DNA from: Lobosporangium transversale
Lineage: Eukaryota
DNA: 64,000 nucleotides
Reading direction: 5' to 3'
NCBI RefSeq assembly: GCF_002105155.1
Contig: NW_019028981.1
Coordinates: 1,612,001-1,676,000, forward strand
Part shown: one piece after another, positions 49,980-64,000 of the stretch
How the letters are laid out: each line of letters starts with the position of its first letter
How positions within the stretch are numbered: the first letter of the stretch is position 1
Position numbers and translations under genes: made by a program
Notes under the pieces: model-generated
What the model was told of the DNA's origin: nothing
The model's input: only the letters and a program-made list of their open reading frames with translations
The model's database searches: none

Positions 49980-51136
49980 ATGACTGCCCCACTCGACAAT
50001 CATGGGATGGAGTCTCATCCACGCAAGATGTGGGAACCCTCAAATCTGGATAGCACAGAGATGGAGAAGTTTAGGATCTACATCAACCAGAAGCATTCCC
50101 TAGCCCTTGGTACGTTGAAATCGATTGGTCATTGTGTTTGTACTTGTTCCATTCAAGCTAATGTTTTGATTTTCTTTCACATCTGATCCTGATAGCCAAC
50201 TACCATGATCTGTGGAAGTGGTCTGTGGATGAAATCGAAAAATTTTGGACGGCTGTCTGGGACTACACTCATGTTATTGCTTCCATTCCTCCTTCAGGTC
50301 CCGTAAGTCGATCTTGATTAACTACTACCTATCATGCTGTCAAATTGTTGATGACTATGATTATGACTGTCTATAAGACCATGGCTATGACAATGTTGAC
50401 ATTCCTCTCTTTGAAAAAAAACATAAAATAAAATAAAATAAAATAAAGGTCGTCGATGGATCAGCTCCAATGGATACTTTCCCAATCTGGTTTAAATCCG
50501 CTCGTTTGAACTTTGCAGAAAACGCATTGTGGTGCAAGGATACGACCAAAACAGCCATCATCGCCACAGGAGAATTGCAAGAGACCCCAAGGAGGATCTC
50601 CTATGCAGAACTCTACACTCGAGTCCGTCAATGTGCTAAAGCTATGCGCAAGGCTGGTGTCGTCAAGGGTGACCGTGTTGCAGGTTATATTGCTAATTGT
50701 CCAGAAGCCATCATCGCCATGTTGGCTGCTGCCTCCATTGGAGCCATTTGGAGCTCTACCTCTCCTGACTTTGGAACTATTGTAAGTCAAACGTACTTTT
50801 TTTTTTTTTTTTTTTTTTTTTTTGCAAATAAATGCGGACCTGGGTTTAATTGGATGTTTTGGGATGGGCTACATGTGTATACTGCTTTTTTTTTTTTTTT
50901 TTTTTTTTTTTTATGATCTGATCAGCTTCATTTAAAGTTCCATGACTTTAATCAGCTCACTTTTTCTTTCTTTTTACTTCTTTTATAAAAGGGTGTCCTG
51001 GATCGATTCTCTCAAATCAAACCAAAACTGTTGTTCTCGGTCAATGCTGTTGTCTACAACGGCCGTCCTCATGATCATGTTCAAAAGTTGCGTCAGGTCT
51101 TGGAAGGTAAATAATTAATATCTCAATGTCTTTCTT

Positions 51137-51213
<77 letters not shown>

Positions 51214-52708
51214 GCTGTATTCTTGAGGCACTCTTTTTCGTTTATTTTATTTTACTTATATACTTACATGGCTATTATCATATTTTCACGCTCTCTCAGG
51301 ATTGGAAATGGTGGAAAAGGTCATCTTGATCCCTTTCGTTCCATCGTCACCATGCGACGCCTCTTCTGTCGAAAATGGTCTTACCTGGTCCGACTTCCTT
51401 GCCACCTCTGGAGAATCTATTGAGCCTTTCTCAGCTGTATCAGCAGAACATCAGGGTCAGGACCAGCATCAGAACCAGCATCTGGAATTGATTGAATTCG
51501 AACCCCTACCCTTCAACCATCCTCTATACATCCTCTTCTCGTCAGGGACAACAGGCAAACCCAAGTGTATAGTTCATTCCGCAGGTGGCATGTTACTCCA
51601 ACACAAGAAGGAGCATATCCTTCACGGAAACTTGAATTCATCCGATATCCTCTTCCAGTATACTACCACAGGTTGGATGATGTGGAACTGGCTTGTCTCG
51701 GGTTTGACCTTGGGTGCAACCATTGTTCTCTATGATGGCTCGCCCTTCAAGCCAGGTCCTTCCGCACTCTGGGATCTGGTAGAGCAAGAAAAGATCACGG
51801 CCTTCGGTACTAGTGCCAAATACATCCAAGCCATTCAGGACGTGAACTACTTCCCCAACAAATTCAACAACCTTTCGTCTCTTCATTCCATTTACTCAAC
51901 TGGATCTCCTTTGAAGCCCGAAAGCTTTGACTTTGTTTACGACCATGTGAAGAAAGATGTACTCTTGGGTTCAATTACCGGTGGCACAGATATCTGCTCA
52001 CTCTTCGCATCCCATAACGCCGCTCTCCCTGTCTATCGTGGCGAGATCCAATGCCGCTCACTGGGCATGAAGATCGAGGCCTGGACTGCTCCAAAGACAC
52101 CTGTCTTGGGCTCATCCGGTGACTTGGTTTGCTCTCGCTTATTCCCCTGTATGCCCGTCTATTTCTGGGATGATCCAGACAACAAAAAGTACAAGGCTGC
52201 CTATTTCGACAACTACATTGGCGTCTGGTACCATGGCGACTTTGTCTGGATCAATCCCAATACGGGTGGTATCGTCATGTTGGGACGATCCGATGGAACT
52301 TTGAACCCCAGTGGCGTGCGTTTTGGATCTGCAGAGATCTACAACATTGTAGACACTTATCCTGAAGTAGAGGACTCTTTGTGCGTAGGTCAAACGTCAC
52401 CAGATGGCACAGATGAACGTGTGATCTTGTTCCTAAAGGTGGCTGGAGAGGCCGGCAAGGCCATGGATGCGCCATTGGATCTAGAATTGGTCAACAGAAT
52501 CAAGACCCATATCCGAAACCAGCTTAGCCCTCGTCATGTACCAGCCGTGGTCCTCAAAATCGCAGATATCCCTTACACCATCAATGGAAAGAAGGTTGAA
52601 ATCGCTGTCAAGAAGATCATTTCTGGTCAAACAGTCGTTCCTTCTGGAACACTCGTCAATCCTGAATCATTGGATCTTTATTACAATATCCCTGAATTGA
52701 AACAGTAG
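49980..52708 (+). CDS. AACS: Acetoacetyl-CoA synthetase (multi-exon)
   Basis: [88 protein letters not shown]. Confidence 0.95.
51138..51205. repeat. (CT)n microsatellite in an AACS intron
   Basis: About 30 CT units. Confidence 0.9.
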
Positions 52709-52763
52709 ATGCATTATTTTTTTATTTTATTTTTATAGAAATTTCATTTTATTATAATTATTA

Positions 52764-54910
52764 TTACATTGTACTTGATTTTGGTGTAATTGACGTTGAC
52801 GTTGACGATGATGTGGATGTGGACGCCGCAGCGGCCAGCCGTGCAGCTTCCTCCAGTTGATGTTGTTCTTGCATCATCTGTTCCTGTTTGATCCGCATCT
52901 GTTTCTCTAGCTCCTGTTGATGTAATGCCTCCATTTTCCTTCTTTCTTCCTCTTTTCTCCTCTCTGCCTCTTGCTCCTCTGTCAACTGTGCATTCTTTGT
53001 TTGATCTTTTACCTGCTGATGCTGCTGTAACTCTCGAATCTGTTGAATTTGCGCCATCATTTGCTGTTGCTGTTGTTCCAACTGTTTCTTTTCAAGCTCC
53101 TCCTGACGTTGCCGCTCAAGTATGAGCTTTTGCTGCTGTTCAATGAGCGCTGCCTCTGCTTTACGTTGCTGCAAAAGTTGGAATTGACGACGCTCAAGTT
53201 CTTCTTTTAGTGATCTTGCTTGAGACTGGATGAGTTCATTTTCATCTGAAACTTTTTTATGCTCCTCTCGCTCATCTTCAAGACTACAGCGGAGGGCAAC
53301 GATGTCCAGTGCATTTGAAGGACTGGTGTTGGTTGGTTTTGTTGCATTCGTTTTGACGAGGTTGTTATACCGCTTATACAGATCGTGAGCCTTCCTGTGG
53401 ATCATAAGAGCCCTTGTATCAAGATCAGCTTAAAGAAGGAATAAAGAGAAAGACAAACAGGCTTTTAGTTTTTTTTTTTTTTTTTTTTTTAGAAATTAAA
53501 AAGTGCGATTAAGCATCTTTAATACAAATTCTCACCTTTCGACCGATTAGCAAATGCCGTAGCGTGCGCCTCAATATCTTGTGGTGGGTACTGAAAGACA
53601 TGAAATGGTAACAAGCGCTCGATCGCATCGTGTAGAGACGAGAATGGCGTTCGATAATCTGGTCTCCTAACTTCTTTATGCGTCTTTTGGATTTCAAGCG
53701 CCATACTAGCACGAACATTATCATGGTGTTCTGCAATTTGTTGTTGAAGTCGCTCTTCGACCGCTCTGGGACCATCTGCTTCTGATGTAGCTTTCGATGT
53801 CGTAGAAAATGAGGGAAACGAAGGATCTTGTGCTGTACCTGCTGCGCCTGATGCTGTTGGTGTTGTACCTACCGTATTTTTTGCAGCGGCGGCAGCGGCG
53901 GCAGCAGCAGCTTGTAGTTGTTGTTGCTGTTGTAATAGTAATAATTGTTGACTCGCTACTGGGAACTGTTGTCGGAACATTGCTTCCTTATCCTTAAGTT
54001 GTGCCCTCAGCAACTCTAATGCTTTTTCTGCATCCAATAGATTCTGTTTCGCCAATTGTTGAGTCCTTGTATCTACAGGCTTGTTTTGTGCAAGTACTCT
54101 CTGAATTGTCAGTTGATGTTCGCGGAAAGTGTTGGTACTAGCTTGTTGAACCTCAAGCTGCTGATGAAGTTGATGAATGTCCTGAAGAAGTTTAAATTGA
54201 CGCTTTTGGTCTTGCGTTGATAGTCCCCCAGAAGCATTCTGTTGCTGTAGTATCGATGATGGAGCCTTAGCTGGTGATGATGGAGTGGTTGAAGCCGTAG
54301 CAAGCGCCTGATAAGCCTGAGGACTAGTATTATTGAAAACAAGTGCCTGAGATCCTTGTCCTGCCACGGCTGTTGTTGTTGTTTTTGATTTGCTCTGAGG
54401 AGTAGGGTAAGGCTGTCCACTTCCCAATGTACTTGATCCTACAGTGCTCCCTTTGTGATCATCATTTTGATCTGATGTTTGTAGCACATGCTTTTTTTTA
54501 GAGTATTTCCCAGTTTTATTATAGCGTCTTGTTGTCTTTAGTGATCCATCTAGAGCACTGCTACTGGTAGGGGTAGTAGGCGTAGTTGGTGAAGATGCTG
54601 AAGGCGTTGAAGGGGAAGGCCCAGGGCTATTATTCATCTGTCCAAGCGGCGCTATAGGTCTATTGCCCTGTGATTGGGCTTGTTGTTGTTGGGATTGAAC
54701 TTGTCCTTGCTGCGTCTGAGTTTGGGTCTGGGTCTTGGCCTGTGCTGTTGCAATATTTTGGACGGTGTTTTGCTGATGATGTAGTAAATTGATCTCTGCT
54801 AATAGTCTATCTCTCTGCTCTTTACTCAATGACTGGACAGACATATTATCGGGTAACTTATATATGACTTGATCCTTCGTCTTAATCATCAGTACTGTCA
54901 GTCCTGCCAT
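52764..54910 (-). CDS. Q-rich protein with GLTSCR1/BICRA conserved domain
   Basis: RPDYRTPFSSLHDAIERLLPFHVFQYP; intron ~53430-53535; C-terminal coiled coil; start codon uncertain. Confidence 0.8.
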
Positions 54911-56010
54911 TTGGATATGGGTCACAGTCTCTCCTTCTGATCCTGTGGCAACAGGAGGTATTGTTGGCGTCTTTTTTTAAATAAAAAAATAAAAATAAAA
55001 AAAAGAATGAACATAAGAAAGACAGCCATAATGATGCGTGTGTCAATAGGATATTTCTGGGCAGAAATGGGCGACTCACATTAGGTGTCGCCATAATGAA
55101 GGCCTAATTGCCTCTTGAGCCGTATTTTATGAAGATCGGTCTGTTGTTTAAAAGAATGTCAAATCCACTTCCAGCTTCTTTGCGGCTTTGCAGTACGTTG
55201 ATCAAAAGTAGTTTATGGACAAATGTTTTCAACCACACAAGAAGAAAGGAAAAATGAAATGAAGTGTTGTAAGTGGCTTATAATATTTTCTAACACTTCC
55301 CTTTAGTGCATAGGTCATTAACATCGGTCCATTGATAGATCCCAAGGTCACTTCCTTCTTTTCCCCTTTATTGCTTTCACCTCTATTCTGCTTGGGTCTC
55401 TATAACTTCCTCCCCGGTCGCATTATTACTCCAAATTCGGTAGTGCCACTATTATATACTAATGATGCCCTACTGAACAACAAGTTTTGCCACCAGTGAC
55501 CACACGTAGTAATATGTCAAATATATTCATAGCTGGCTGAGTCATTAACAACCAGTAGTGTGTACTACTCGTTGTCACTCATGTACCACCAGGTAGCAAA
55601 TCTGTATGGATACTAATCCCTCGCATCCACATTATAATCCAAAACATCAAACTCTATCTATACTCCATTCATTGACATGGGATGTAGGATAGTGGTCCTT
55701 TTTTCTTATTTTTTTTTTTTTTTTTTTTTTTGATCGTCTGTCTGTAATTCACTTTAGGCGATAAATAAAAAGCCTTTATACCTTGATCCACAAGAGATTA
55801 GGATACGTTTCCTCTCTATAGTGAAATCTTTGTTTTCTCTGTCCTTGTTGCTCTTTCATAAATAAAGTTCCAATATTATTTATTTCTGCAATTAAGGAAT
55901 ATTTGCCTGTTAATAATTCCATAATAGCAATCTCCCTTCTTTAGATCTTTGATCTTTTTTTTTTTTTTTTTTTTTTTTTTAATTCATATTTTCTTTCTTC
56001 TTGCTCCACC

Positions 56011-57002
56011 ATGCTCTATATTGTTGGCCTTGGTCTGTCTGATGAACACGACATTACTGTCAAAGGACTCGATGCTGTCAAATCATGCGAGCGCATTTAC
56101 CTAGAGGCATACACTTCAATCCTAATGGTTGAAAAGGAGAAGCTCGTATGTCTGACCCTCCCTTTTTTTTTTTTTTTTTTTTTTTTTTTGAACGACAAGC
56201 TTTTTGATGATATGATATGATATGATATGATGTACACCAACTTTTTATTTATATTAATACCATCAATAATAAAATATAGGAAGAGTTTTATGGCAAGCCA
56301 GTGACAGTGGCTGATCGTGAGATGGTCGAATCTGATTCAGATACAATTCTTGCGAACGCTCAGAATGTCAATGTGGCTTTCTTAGTCGTCGGGGATCCCT
56401 TTGGAGCCACGACTCATACCGACCTTGTCATCCGTGCAAAGGAGCTCAACATCCCTGTTCAGATCATTCACAATGCTTCAATCATGAATGCCATCGGCGC
56501 CTGTGGTCTACAACTCTACAACTTTGGTCAAACTATTTCCATGGTCTGGTTCACAGAGACTTGGCGTCCGGATTCCTGGTACAGTAGAGTGAAGGAAAAC
56601 AGAGATATTGGACTACATACGCTCTGTCTCTTGGATATCAAAGTCAAAGAACAATCATTAGAAAACATGGCTCGTGGAAGGTTGATCTACGAGCCTCCCC
56701 GTTACATGACAGTCAACACTTGTCTGGAACAGATGCTCGAGGTGGAAGAAAAGAGGAAAGAGAATGCTTATGGACCAGACACTTTAGCGATCGGATGCGT
56801 GCGACTAGGCACCCCAACCCAATTATTTATTTCCGGAACAATGGAACAGCTCCTTGAAGTGGACTTTGGAGCTCCTCTGCACTCTTTGGTCTTGATTGGA
56901 CGTAGAATGCACATCATGGAGGCAGAAATGGTCAGAGCATTTTGTCCAGAGAAACATCGAGCCAAGTTTGATGAGATTTATAAGCGTGATTACGAGTCCT
57001 AA
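56011..57002 (+). CDS. DPH5: Diphthine methyl ester synthase
   Basis: [68 protein letters not shown]; one intron. Confidence 0.97.
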
Positions 57003-57223
57003 GAGAAAGACTCTTTCGACTAATATTTTTAGCTTTACTATCTCAAGTTTGGATCAGAAATACAAATACTTATTTTTCTTTCTTAATATTTAAGTGTATA
57101 TATATAAATATAAATTCTACATTATCGCCATTTAACTAGAAGAAATTACAATATAGGAGACCATAATGGAGAGGGTAAAGGGGAGAGAGGAGAGAAGATA
57201 GAGGTTTGCAAATGTAGCGGTTA

Positions 57224-60053
57224 TTAGTTTTTATAAACAGCATGAATCGCTTCCTCGACAGGCTTAATGACCAATTCTGGATAGTGTTGCTCTTTCATCA
57301 TATCCAGAGTAGCGTAAGCTTGATCGAGCATGTTGTTCTCAAGATACGCAAACACCATACTCTGAAAAGTCGAGGGTTCCTTGACAATAACATTAGCTGT
57401 ATTGCCATTGCTCGAATGTGAATCCGCCATGCCGTTGAAAATCTGTTCTGCAGCCAAAATATCCTGCGCTTGACCAAAGCCACGGATCAGCGTATTCTCA
57501 ATGTACGTACTCGAGGGGTGTCCTGATGCCACAAGCTCATTTCGTAGTTCGATAGCGCGACGGACATCTCTATTAATGATATGGCTCTCAATCATAGATT
57601 GGTATGCAGGCCCCTTAGGCATGATGCCAGCCTGCAACATATTATTGAAGACGACTTCAGCTGTGCAAACATCTCGGTGCTCGACGCCATATGCATGAAT
57701 TAGCGCTCCATAGTGGGATTCAGTCGCTTGAATGGGCCCATTTTTCAATGAATGAACAAGACGATTGGCCTCAGTCATATCGTAGGGTGGAATGCACGCG
57801 AAAGCCTCAATCAATAATGTGTACGTATGTTCTGTAGGAGAAAGCTTCCTGTCAAGCATGTCTCGATAGTACACCAATGCTGCCTCTCGATCTTTCTTTT
57901 GGCGAACATAAAATTGAATCATGGCGTTGTGCGGTCCCTGGCGCGGATGATAATTGGGACTATTGGTCATTTCTTTAAACAAATTCCGTGCCATTTCTTC
58001 GCTTCCAACCCTTGTACAGGCGCTGATCAAGGTTCCATAAGTAATAGCGTTGGGTCGAATCTTGTTCATAATCATATCTTCATAAACCTCCAAAACGCGA
58101 TCAATCTTGCGCCCACGAGAAAGCTTTCCAATGACAACGTTGTAGAAGAAAATATTTGGCTTAATATTATGGCGTTTGACTTCTTCCAAAATCCTGAGTG
58201 CATCATGAGCCTCATCTACCGCCCCCGTAGTCGTTGCAATCAATAATGTCGCATATCCAGTTGCATCAGGAAACTGTCCCAGCTGAACAATATCATCATA
58301 GTTCTTTTTGGCAGCTTTCATATCTCCCAAGGTGGCATTAGCGACGAGCATTGCATTATAGACCTCATATTCAGCTGCCCGACGATGGGTTTTGTCCTGA
58401 ATAGTATCCAATGAACGCCTGGCAATATCATACAATTCATGATAATTAGTCGCCCTTTCCTTTTCTCTTTTTGCACAGACTTGGATTGTGTCAGCGATAG
58501 CTTGAGGTGAGGGTAGTTGATCATTTTTGATCATCTTTGAGATTTCTTCCAACGCTACAGCGGCGTATCCGAAGCGACAGGCACGAATAATCGCTTCTGA
58601 AGGATCACCATATCGAAGAGCAATCAATCCCTGCGCATCATGCATTTTAAGTGAGCGGCGATTACTAGTGCTGCTATTGCCGTGGGATACTTGGCGCTTA
58701 TGTTGATGCTGAGCCTGAGTGCGGTAATGGGTCTGAGATTGACGCGACTGTTTCTCCTGCTGCTGTTGTCGTTGCTGCGGAGAATCCTGGCTTACTTGAA
58801 AGTTATCAGGTATATTGGGTTTAAATCCTGGATATATTTCTTGCACAGCTGTATCCCATGCGAGCTGTCCCGAATAATCTCCCAGTGTCATGAAAGAAAG
58901 TGAAATCTTTGAGCAAGCCTCTTCACTGGGTGTAATATCCATCTCCTTGCCATCCAAAAGAATCTCAATCAAGTGTCGATAACGGATACTGCTCTTCGTG
59001 AGTGTCGCTTGCATCGCTAACAGCGCTTCAAGATCTGAACAATCTAGCATCGCCTTGATTGATTCAAGCCCTGTAGAGGCTTTCAACTGACGATAAGTCC
59101 TCAGAGTCCTGTCAGCCAGCTCTGAAAATGCCAACAAGTCATGTCTATCATAATATAAATGAGTAAAATTGCAGTCCAAAATCAGTGTCTTGACTAGCTT
59201 TCAATTAAACCAACTCTTTCTTTTGGGTATGTTGTTTGTTTGATGGTTACTAGAGAACTAAAGACGAATGAAGCCTCATCGAAATGTTACTACATCGTAT
59301 GAATATCGCTATAAATCCAAATATGGCTCATTACCTATCAAGCAATTTTGCGACAGAGAGCGCCTGTGAGAAATCGCTACTATAATTAACAATTTCCCTT
59401 GCTAGTGCGACAAAGACTTGATTCTGTGAAAAATTCTGTTTTCTCCCTTGACTATGGTAGCAATCAACAAGAAGAGCAAGAGCTCTCTCAGCGTCCTGAG
59501 GGTTGTTTAGATTTAGAAACTGTGTGACGATTCGACTTGAGAGAGCCGCATCAGCATAGAAGCCTTGCCGACGCATCTCGTGTAGGAATGGAAAGACAGC
59601 TCTAGCATCTTGACCATTAATGGCATCCCAGGCATTCTTAGAGAGTTCACTATGCTTTGGGGGCGACTTTGCACCATTGCCATTAACTGTGCCATCTTGT
59701 TGAAGAGGCTGATGATTATGGATTCGTGATGTCTGTTGATAAAAATTGAGATTGGCTGCAATGGGAGTTTGAAATCTATGTCCCGAAGCAAAATGATGGT
59801 TGCTATAATAGTGTGTTTGGCCGTGGTGATGAGCTGTAGTGTTTGTATTGGCATTGTTATTTTCTCTATTGGCTTGTGATGACGAAAAGGAGCGGACAGG
59901 ATTGGCAGGTGTATTAGCGCCCGTAGGCTGTGCGGTGCGCTGGGTGAGATTGATAACCTGATTCTTAGAATTGGAGATGGGGGCCAGCTGCCTTGATACA
60001 GTCTGACGAGTAATATTTCCAAGTAATGCAGTCGTCTTAAGGTTCATCATCAT
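57224..60053 (-). CDS. Pentatricopeptide-repeat protein, probably mitochondrial
   Basis: 35-aa repeats (PNIFFYNVVIGKLSR, PNAITYGTLISACTRVG, PTEHTYTLLIEAF); R/S/T-rich N-terminus; one intron. Confidence 0.9.
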
Positions 60054-60418
60054 GGAAGTTGCAGTTGGGCAATATAAGCTGAAAATGAACACCAAGCTGC
60101 TGCGGAACAAGAATCACACTGAATGAATGCTCAGATGAATCAAATGGCCAAAAAAAAAAGAAATCGAGCGAAAGAATACAGATGCCGTAAAAAGGGGAGG
60201 ATAGGGGAGGATAGGGGAAAGGAAGGGGAAGGGTGAGAGAAGGGAAGGGTGAGAGGAAGGGAAGGGTGAGAGGAAGGGAAGAGAATGTGGAAGAGAGAGA
60301 GAAACAAAACATCAAATACGAGACTTGTGACAAGTCATGCACATAACCACGTGACAACATTTTTAATTTTATTTTGTAAAAAAAAAAAAAAAAAGTGTTA
60401 CATGAGACATGAACACCT

Positions 60419-62890
60419 TTAGGGTTGTGAATTGTTGGTTACTGCTGCCTTGCGAGCAAAATTCCGTGCACGGTAAAGCGCCAAGTAAGCAACGTGGAAG
60501 TCTCCTGTGGTAGCAAGTGTAAATTAAGGTCATTAGAGTCAATTACTATTATTGTTTTTCATTTGTCATCAAAATAGTGAGTCCATGTAAGTACACCAGA
60601 TTTACCTCCACCATCAAGCTTGAGAATATCTTCCTTTGAAACTGGCGAGACCTTATCGTCGTCATATTTGTACCATTCATCTTCATCCCCTTTTTTTGTC
60701 CAACCAATATAGTGTCCAGAGTCAGCTGTTCGTCCAATATGCGTAAGTACTGCGGCAAGCTCATACTGGCCAGATGGATTTGAGCCTACATCTTGTACCA
60801 ATTCTGGATCCAAAGATTGCTCTAACGCCTCAAGGGCAGCATCGACAGCCTTTTGTTCATCTGAGGTCTTACTCGCCTCCTCACGGCCAGCTTCTTTGTC
60901 CAGTCGTTTCCGACGCTTCAAGGATGCCTCGGCATTATCCAGTTCTCGAAGCTTCACTTTGGTATTTGTCAGCTTAGATTGAAGCTCTGGAGTACAAAAT
61001 TGGGAAGCATCAAGCTCGAAAGGGAATTTAACCTTGCGTAAAATCTTGGCCTTGACCTGCTCATTTGCCTTCCAGAAAAACCGGACAAAGTTGACAGTTA
61101 AATAAGCAGGCAGTCGAGAGATTCTCTGAGACTTTGAGTAGATAGCTGATCTGCCCAAAGTTGGGGAGTTTTTTTCAATCTTTTGGTCCAAGAATTCCAA
61201 AATCCCGTTGTGCAGGTAATTGACATCTATCGGTTAAAACATGAGGCATTTGTTCGCCAAATAAACTGAGAATTGTGCTTTTGTGGATTGGATAAAGTAT
61301 TGTAGAGGCTCAACAGTCCATAAGCAAGACTTACTACTGGAAATATGACAATCAAGCTTGGAAAACGGCTCCTTGGTAATAATTACATCCTCATCTGGTG
61401 CTTCATCGCATTTCAATCTAAAATGACAATAATGCGCTATAAGACACTCGTTTGCAGCCTTGTCAACTACTTCAAATCATCACTATTGCCTTTGTGCACA
61501 TACGTTGTAGTAAATTCTCCTTGCATAAACTGAGCAACCACGTTTTGCTTTCCCTCAGCATGTGGAGGAAGCTTTGCCTTCAAAGTTGAAATAAGTTGGC
61601 TCCAGCACTCTTCTGCGTCCTGCTGCATCCATACGCCATCGCGTCCTTGCTGAGAAAACTGGGGGAACGCCCTGCGTAAATGCTGTGGTGATGTTATAAA
61701 ATCGAAATAATTAGAGTAAATACACAATACCACCTGTAAAAAAAAAAAAAAAAAAAAAAAAAAACGGAACGCTTTATTTTATAATAATATGTATCGTCTC
61801 AACTTACTGTTAGGAATCCTACAGGCAATACATCATGACCAGAAGTATTGAGCTGCCTATAAAGATCTCTCAAGGATGCTGTCATGTTGCTTGCAGTATC
61901 CAAGTTATCCGTCCCACCCTGATATTTCTGTAAATCTTGAACCAACTCTGGAACAGCGCGAAGACATTGAAGGGTGGCATTCTAAAATTTGAGAACCATT
62001 ATGAGATTTATGTGAGTATTACACATGTTAGGTTGACCAATGTAGCAGGACTATCTATTGCATGATCATACCATGTAGCAAGTATTGCCTAGGTTTGTCA
62101 GTCCAACAGGGATGTCCATCTATGTTAACAATGACGGAAGTAGGTTAGAGGGTGCAGAAATCCCTTTAAGGCCGCTTTCTTTTGTCTTTAGCTCAACTTT
62201 CTTTATACATACCGCCTTATTGAGAGTAGCCTCCGTCATATCTTCTGCAAAAAGGATTTTCTTCTCTGGTGCCTTTGGAAGCTCTCCTGCAGTGCCCATC
62301 ATCTATATTATAGTTGAGTAGGTAAGTGTTATTAAAGGCTTCGTTCGCAGGTAATGCAATAGACGGATAATTGTGGCATATACCATGAAAGTATGGCCCT
62401 AAATAGAATACACGACGAAGGATCAATTAGTGATTTTGAACATCATGGCGACTTGATCATATTGATCAGATTGTTTAGCAAGCAAAAACACTCACATTTT
62501 TCAGACCAAGCTTATTCATATCGGCGTCATCCTAAAATTCAAAGTGAAATATATAAGCAGCTGTGATACTCAATCATAAACATCACAAATCTGCTATCTC
62601 TCTTTTTTTTATATTTACCTTAAGAGTACCACCCTTGACAATGATTTTTTGTCTATCAGGTTCGACTCCTGTCAATGCGAAAAGCTGTGCCTTAAAGACT
62701 AACCCAGGTTCATCCAAGTTAAGTTCAAGGTCGTCAAACTTCTTTCCACTCCATTTGACATTTACTATTAAATTCATAATGTCGCAAAATAATTAGTTGC
62801 CTTAACATTCCACGACACTTTGGATAAAAAAAATGCTTTATTTAGTTTATAAAATATCGTGATACCTTTGATAGTATTTGCAGGAGGCAT
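60419..62890 (-). CDS. UBP6: Proteasome-associated deubiquitinase with N-terminal UBL domain
   Basis: MPPANTIK-VNVKWSGKKF, LTGVEPDRQKIIVKGG, GLTNLGNTCYM-NATLQCL, MQQDAEECW, VLTHIGRTADSGHY. Confidence 0.95.
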
Positions 62891-64000
62891 ATTGTGGGTG
62901 TTGAAATTCAGATGTGTAACAGGTATGAAGAAGGGTGAAGTATTTGGCACACCAGAGTACTGGAGAATAGACCACTGACATGCAACTCAAAATCCACTGA
63001 AACTACGTCATCATCAGGCGCAAACGCACGTAATGCAGCCACATTTGGACGGATCTCAAACTAGTGGGTGATATTCAACACGATGTAGCCAAAAGGCTTT
63101 ACCTACAGCCAAGGCTAATATTCTAGGGCATAAGCTATAAAAGCAATTCATAAATAATAAAGACAAGCTTCACTTGTCTTGGTGCATTGGAATACTCAGC
63201 AAAGCCGAAACCAAAGCCTCAAGGAGAGAGCAGACCGCCTACGATGTCATTTACAGATCCTGTATTAGATGAGGTGGTTACGGTGCTCAAATTGTCGGTT
63301 GCGCTCTGATCCTCCCACACAAAGGTCTGTGTTGCCAGGTAAACAGGGCGTTATCTTGCATCATTTCCTTGCTCTTGATACTGTACTATGGCGATCGGGT
63401 ACTAACGCACTTGCTCTAACCAACTCCACAAAGTTGCCTAGAACCAATTTCAAGATTTTGACCAATTTGGATTCATATCCCAAAGTTCAATGGCATCCTC
63501 CTTCATCTTTACAGCACTCCGAGCTTCAGTAGAGAGGCAATAAGCACCACCGATAGAAGATGCGGTCCTAGGAGGTAGATTGTCCGCTGCTATCCATCCG
63601 CATTTGATGGTGTGAAGTTATTCAATTTAAGAAGGTAGCAACTGAAGGCGGATACTGTTCGTATGAATGGATCCTCCTAAAAAACATCCACGTTCAGATT
63701 GAAAGCGCCTTATCTGATAGCTTCAATATGTTGTCATACGCTCCCCTATGTTATCGTCATGGCTCTGAACTGATTGCGTTGGCATTTATGTTGTTTCTCA
63801 TAGCTTGTTATGTCAATAATTAGGTTCGTGATGAAACATCCAGAAGCAGACTGGAAAGCGGAATACTAGTGACATCCTGAATTAAGCAATATGGCTCTAC
63901 AATCCCAAGCGTAGGTTCCGCTTAAGCTTGGAACATTGCTTTCAAAGCATCATTCATTCGAAAGAGTTTTACGCTACGAAGCCGTGTTGCATGGGCAAAA

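Noticed and set aside
60195..60300. G-rich GGAAGGGAAGGGTGAGA repeats
   Set aside because: Pyrimidine-rich promoter/5'UTR tract of the PPR gene; ordinary low-complexity sequence
63200..64000. Coding-like composition at the window end
   Set aside because: No sustained ORF or recognisable motif; may be a decayed gene but cannot be supported

Overview
Eukaryotic, intron-rich fungal DNA with long poly-T/A tracts; gene content and style suggest a Mortierellaceae/Mucoromycota fungus (inference). The first ~13.6 kb is an accessory, duplication-rich block. It carries four intronless genes for a secreted 10-cysteine CS-alpha-beta (defensin-like) peptide, two of them identical in a head-to-head inverted repeat, plus a 4-coumarate-CoA-ligase-like gene and an intact Tc1 transposon nested inside a MITE. 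The rest is a dense core-like run: V-ATPase H, RPS13, a monooxygenase pseudogene, ETR1/MECR, an AA5 copper radical oxidase, a TM-anchored coiled-coil protein, tandem ICMT-like genes, an FAD monooxygenase, a ~2840-aa double-sacsin/BTB protein, aspartate kinase, Pmp3 (with a 4-nt microexon), acetoacetyl-CoA synthetase, a GLTSCR1-domain protein, DPH5, a PPR protein and UBP6. Exon structures were inferred by eye from GT-AG sites and frame continuity.
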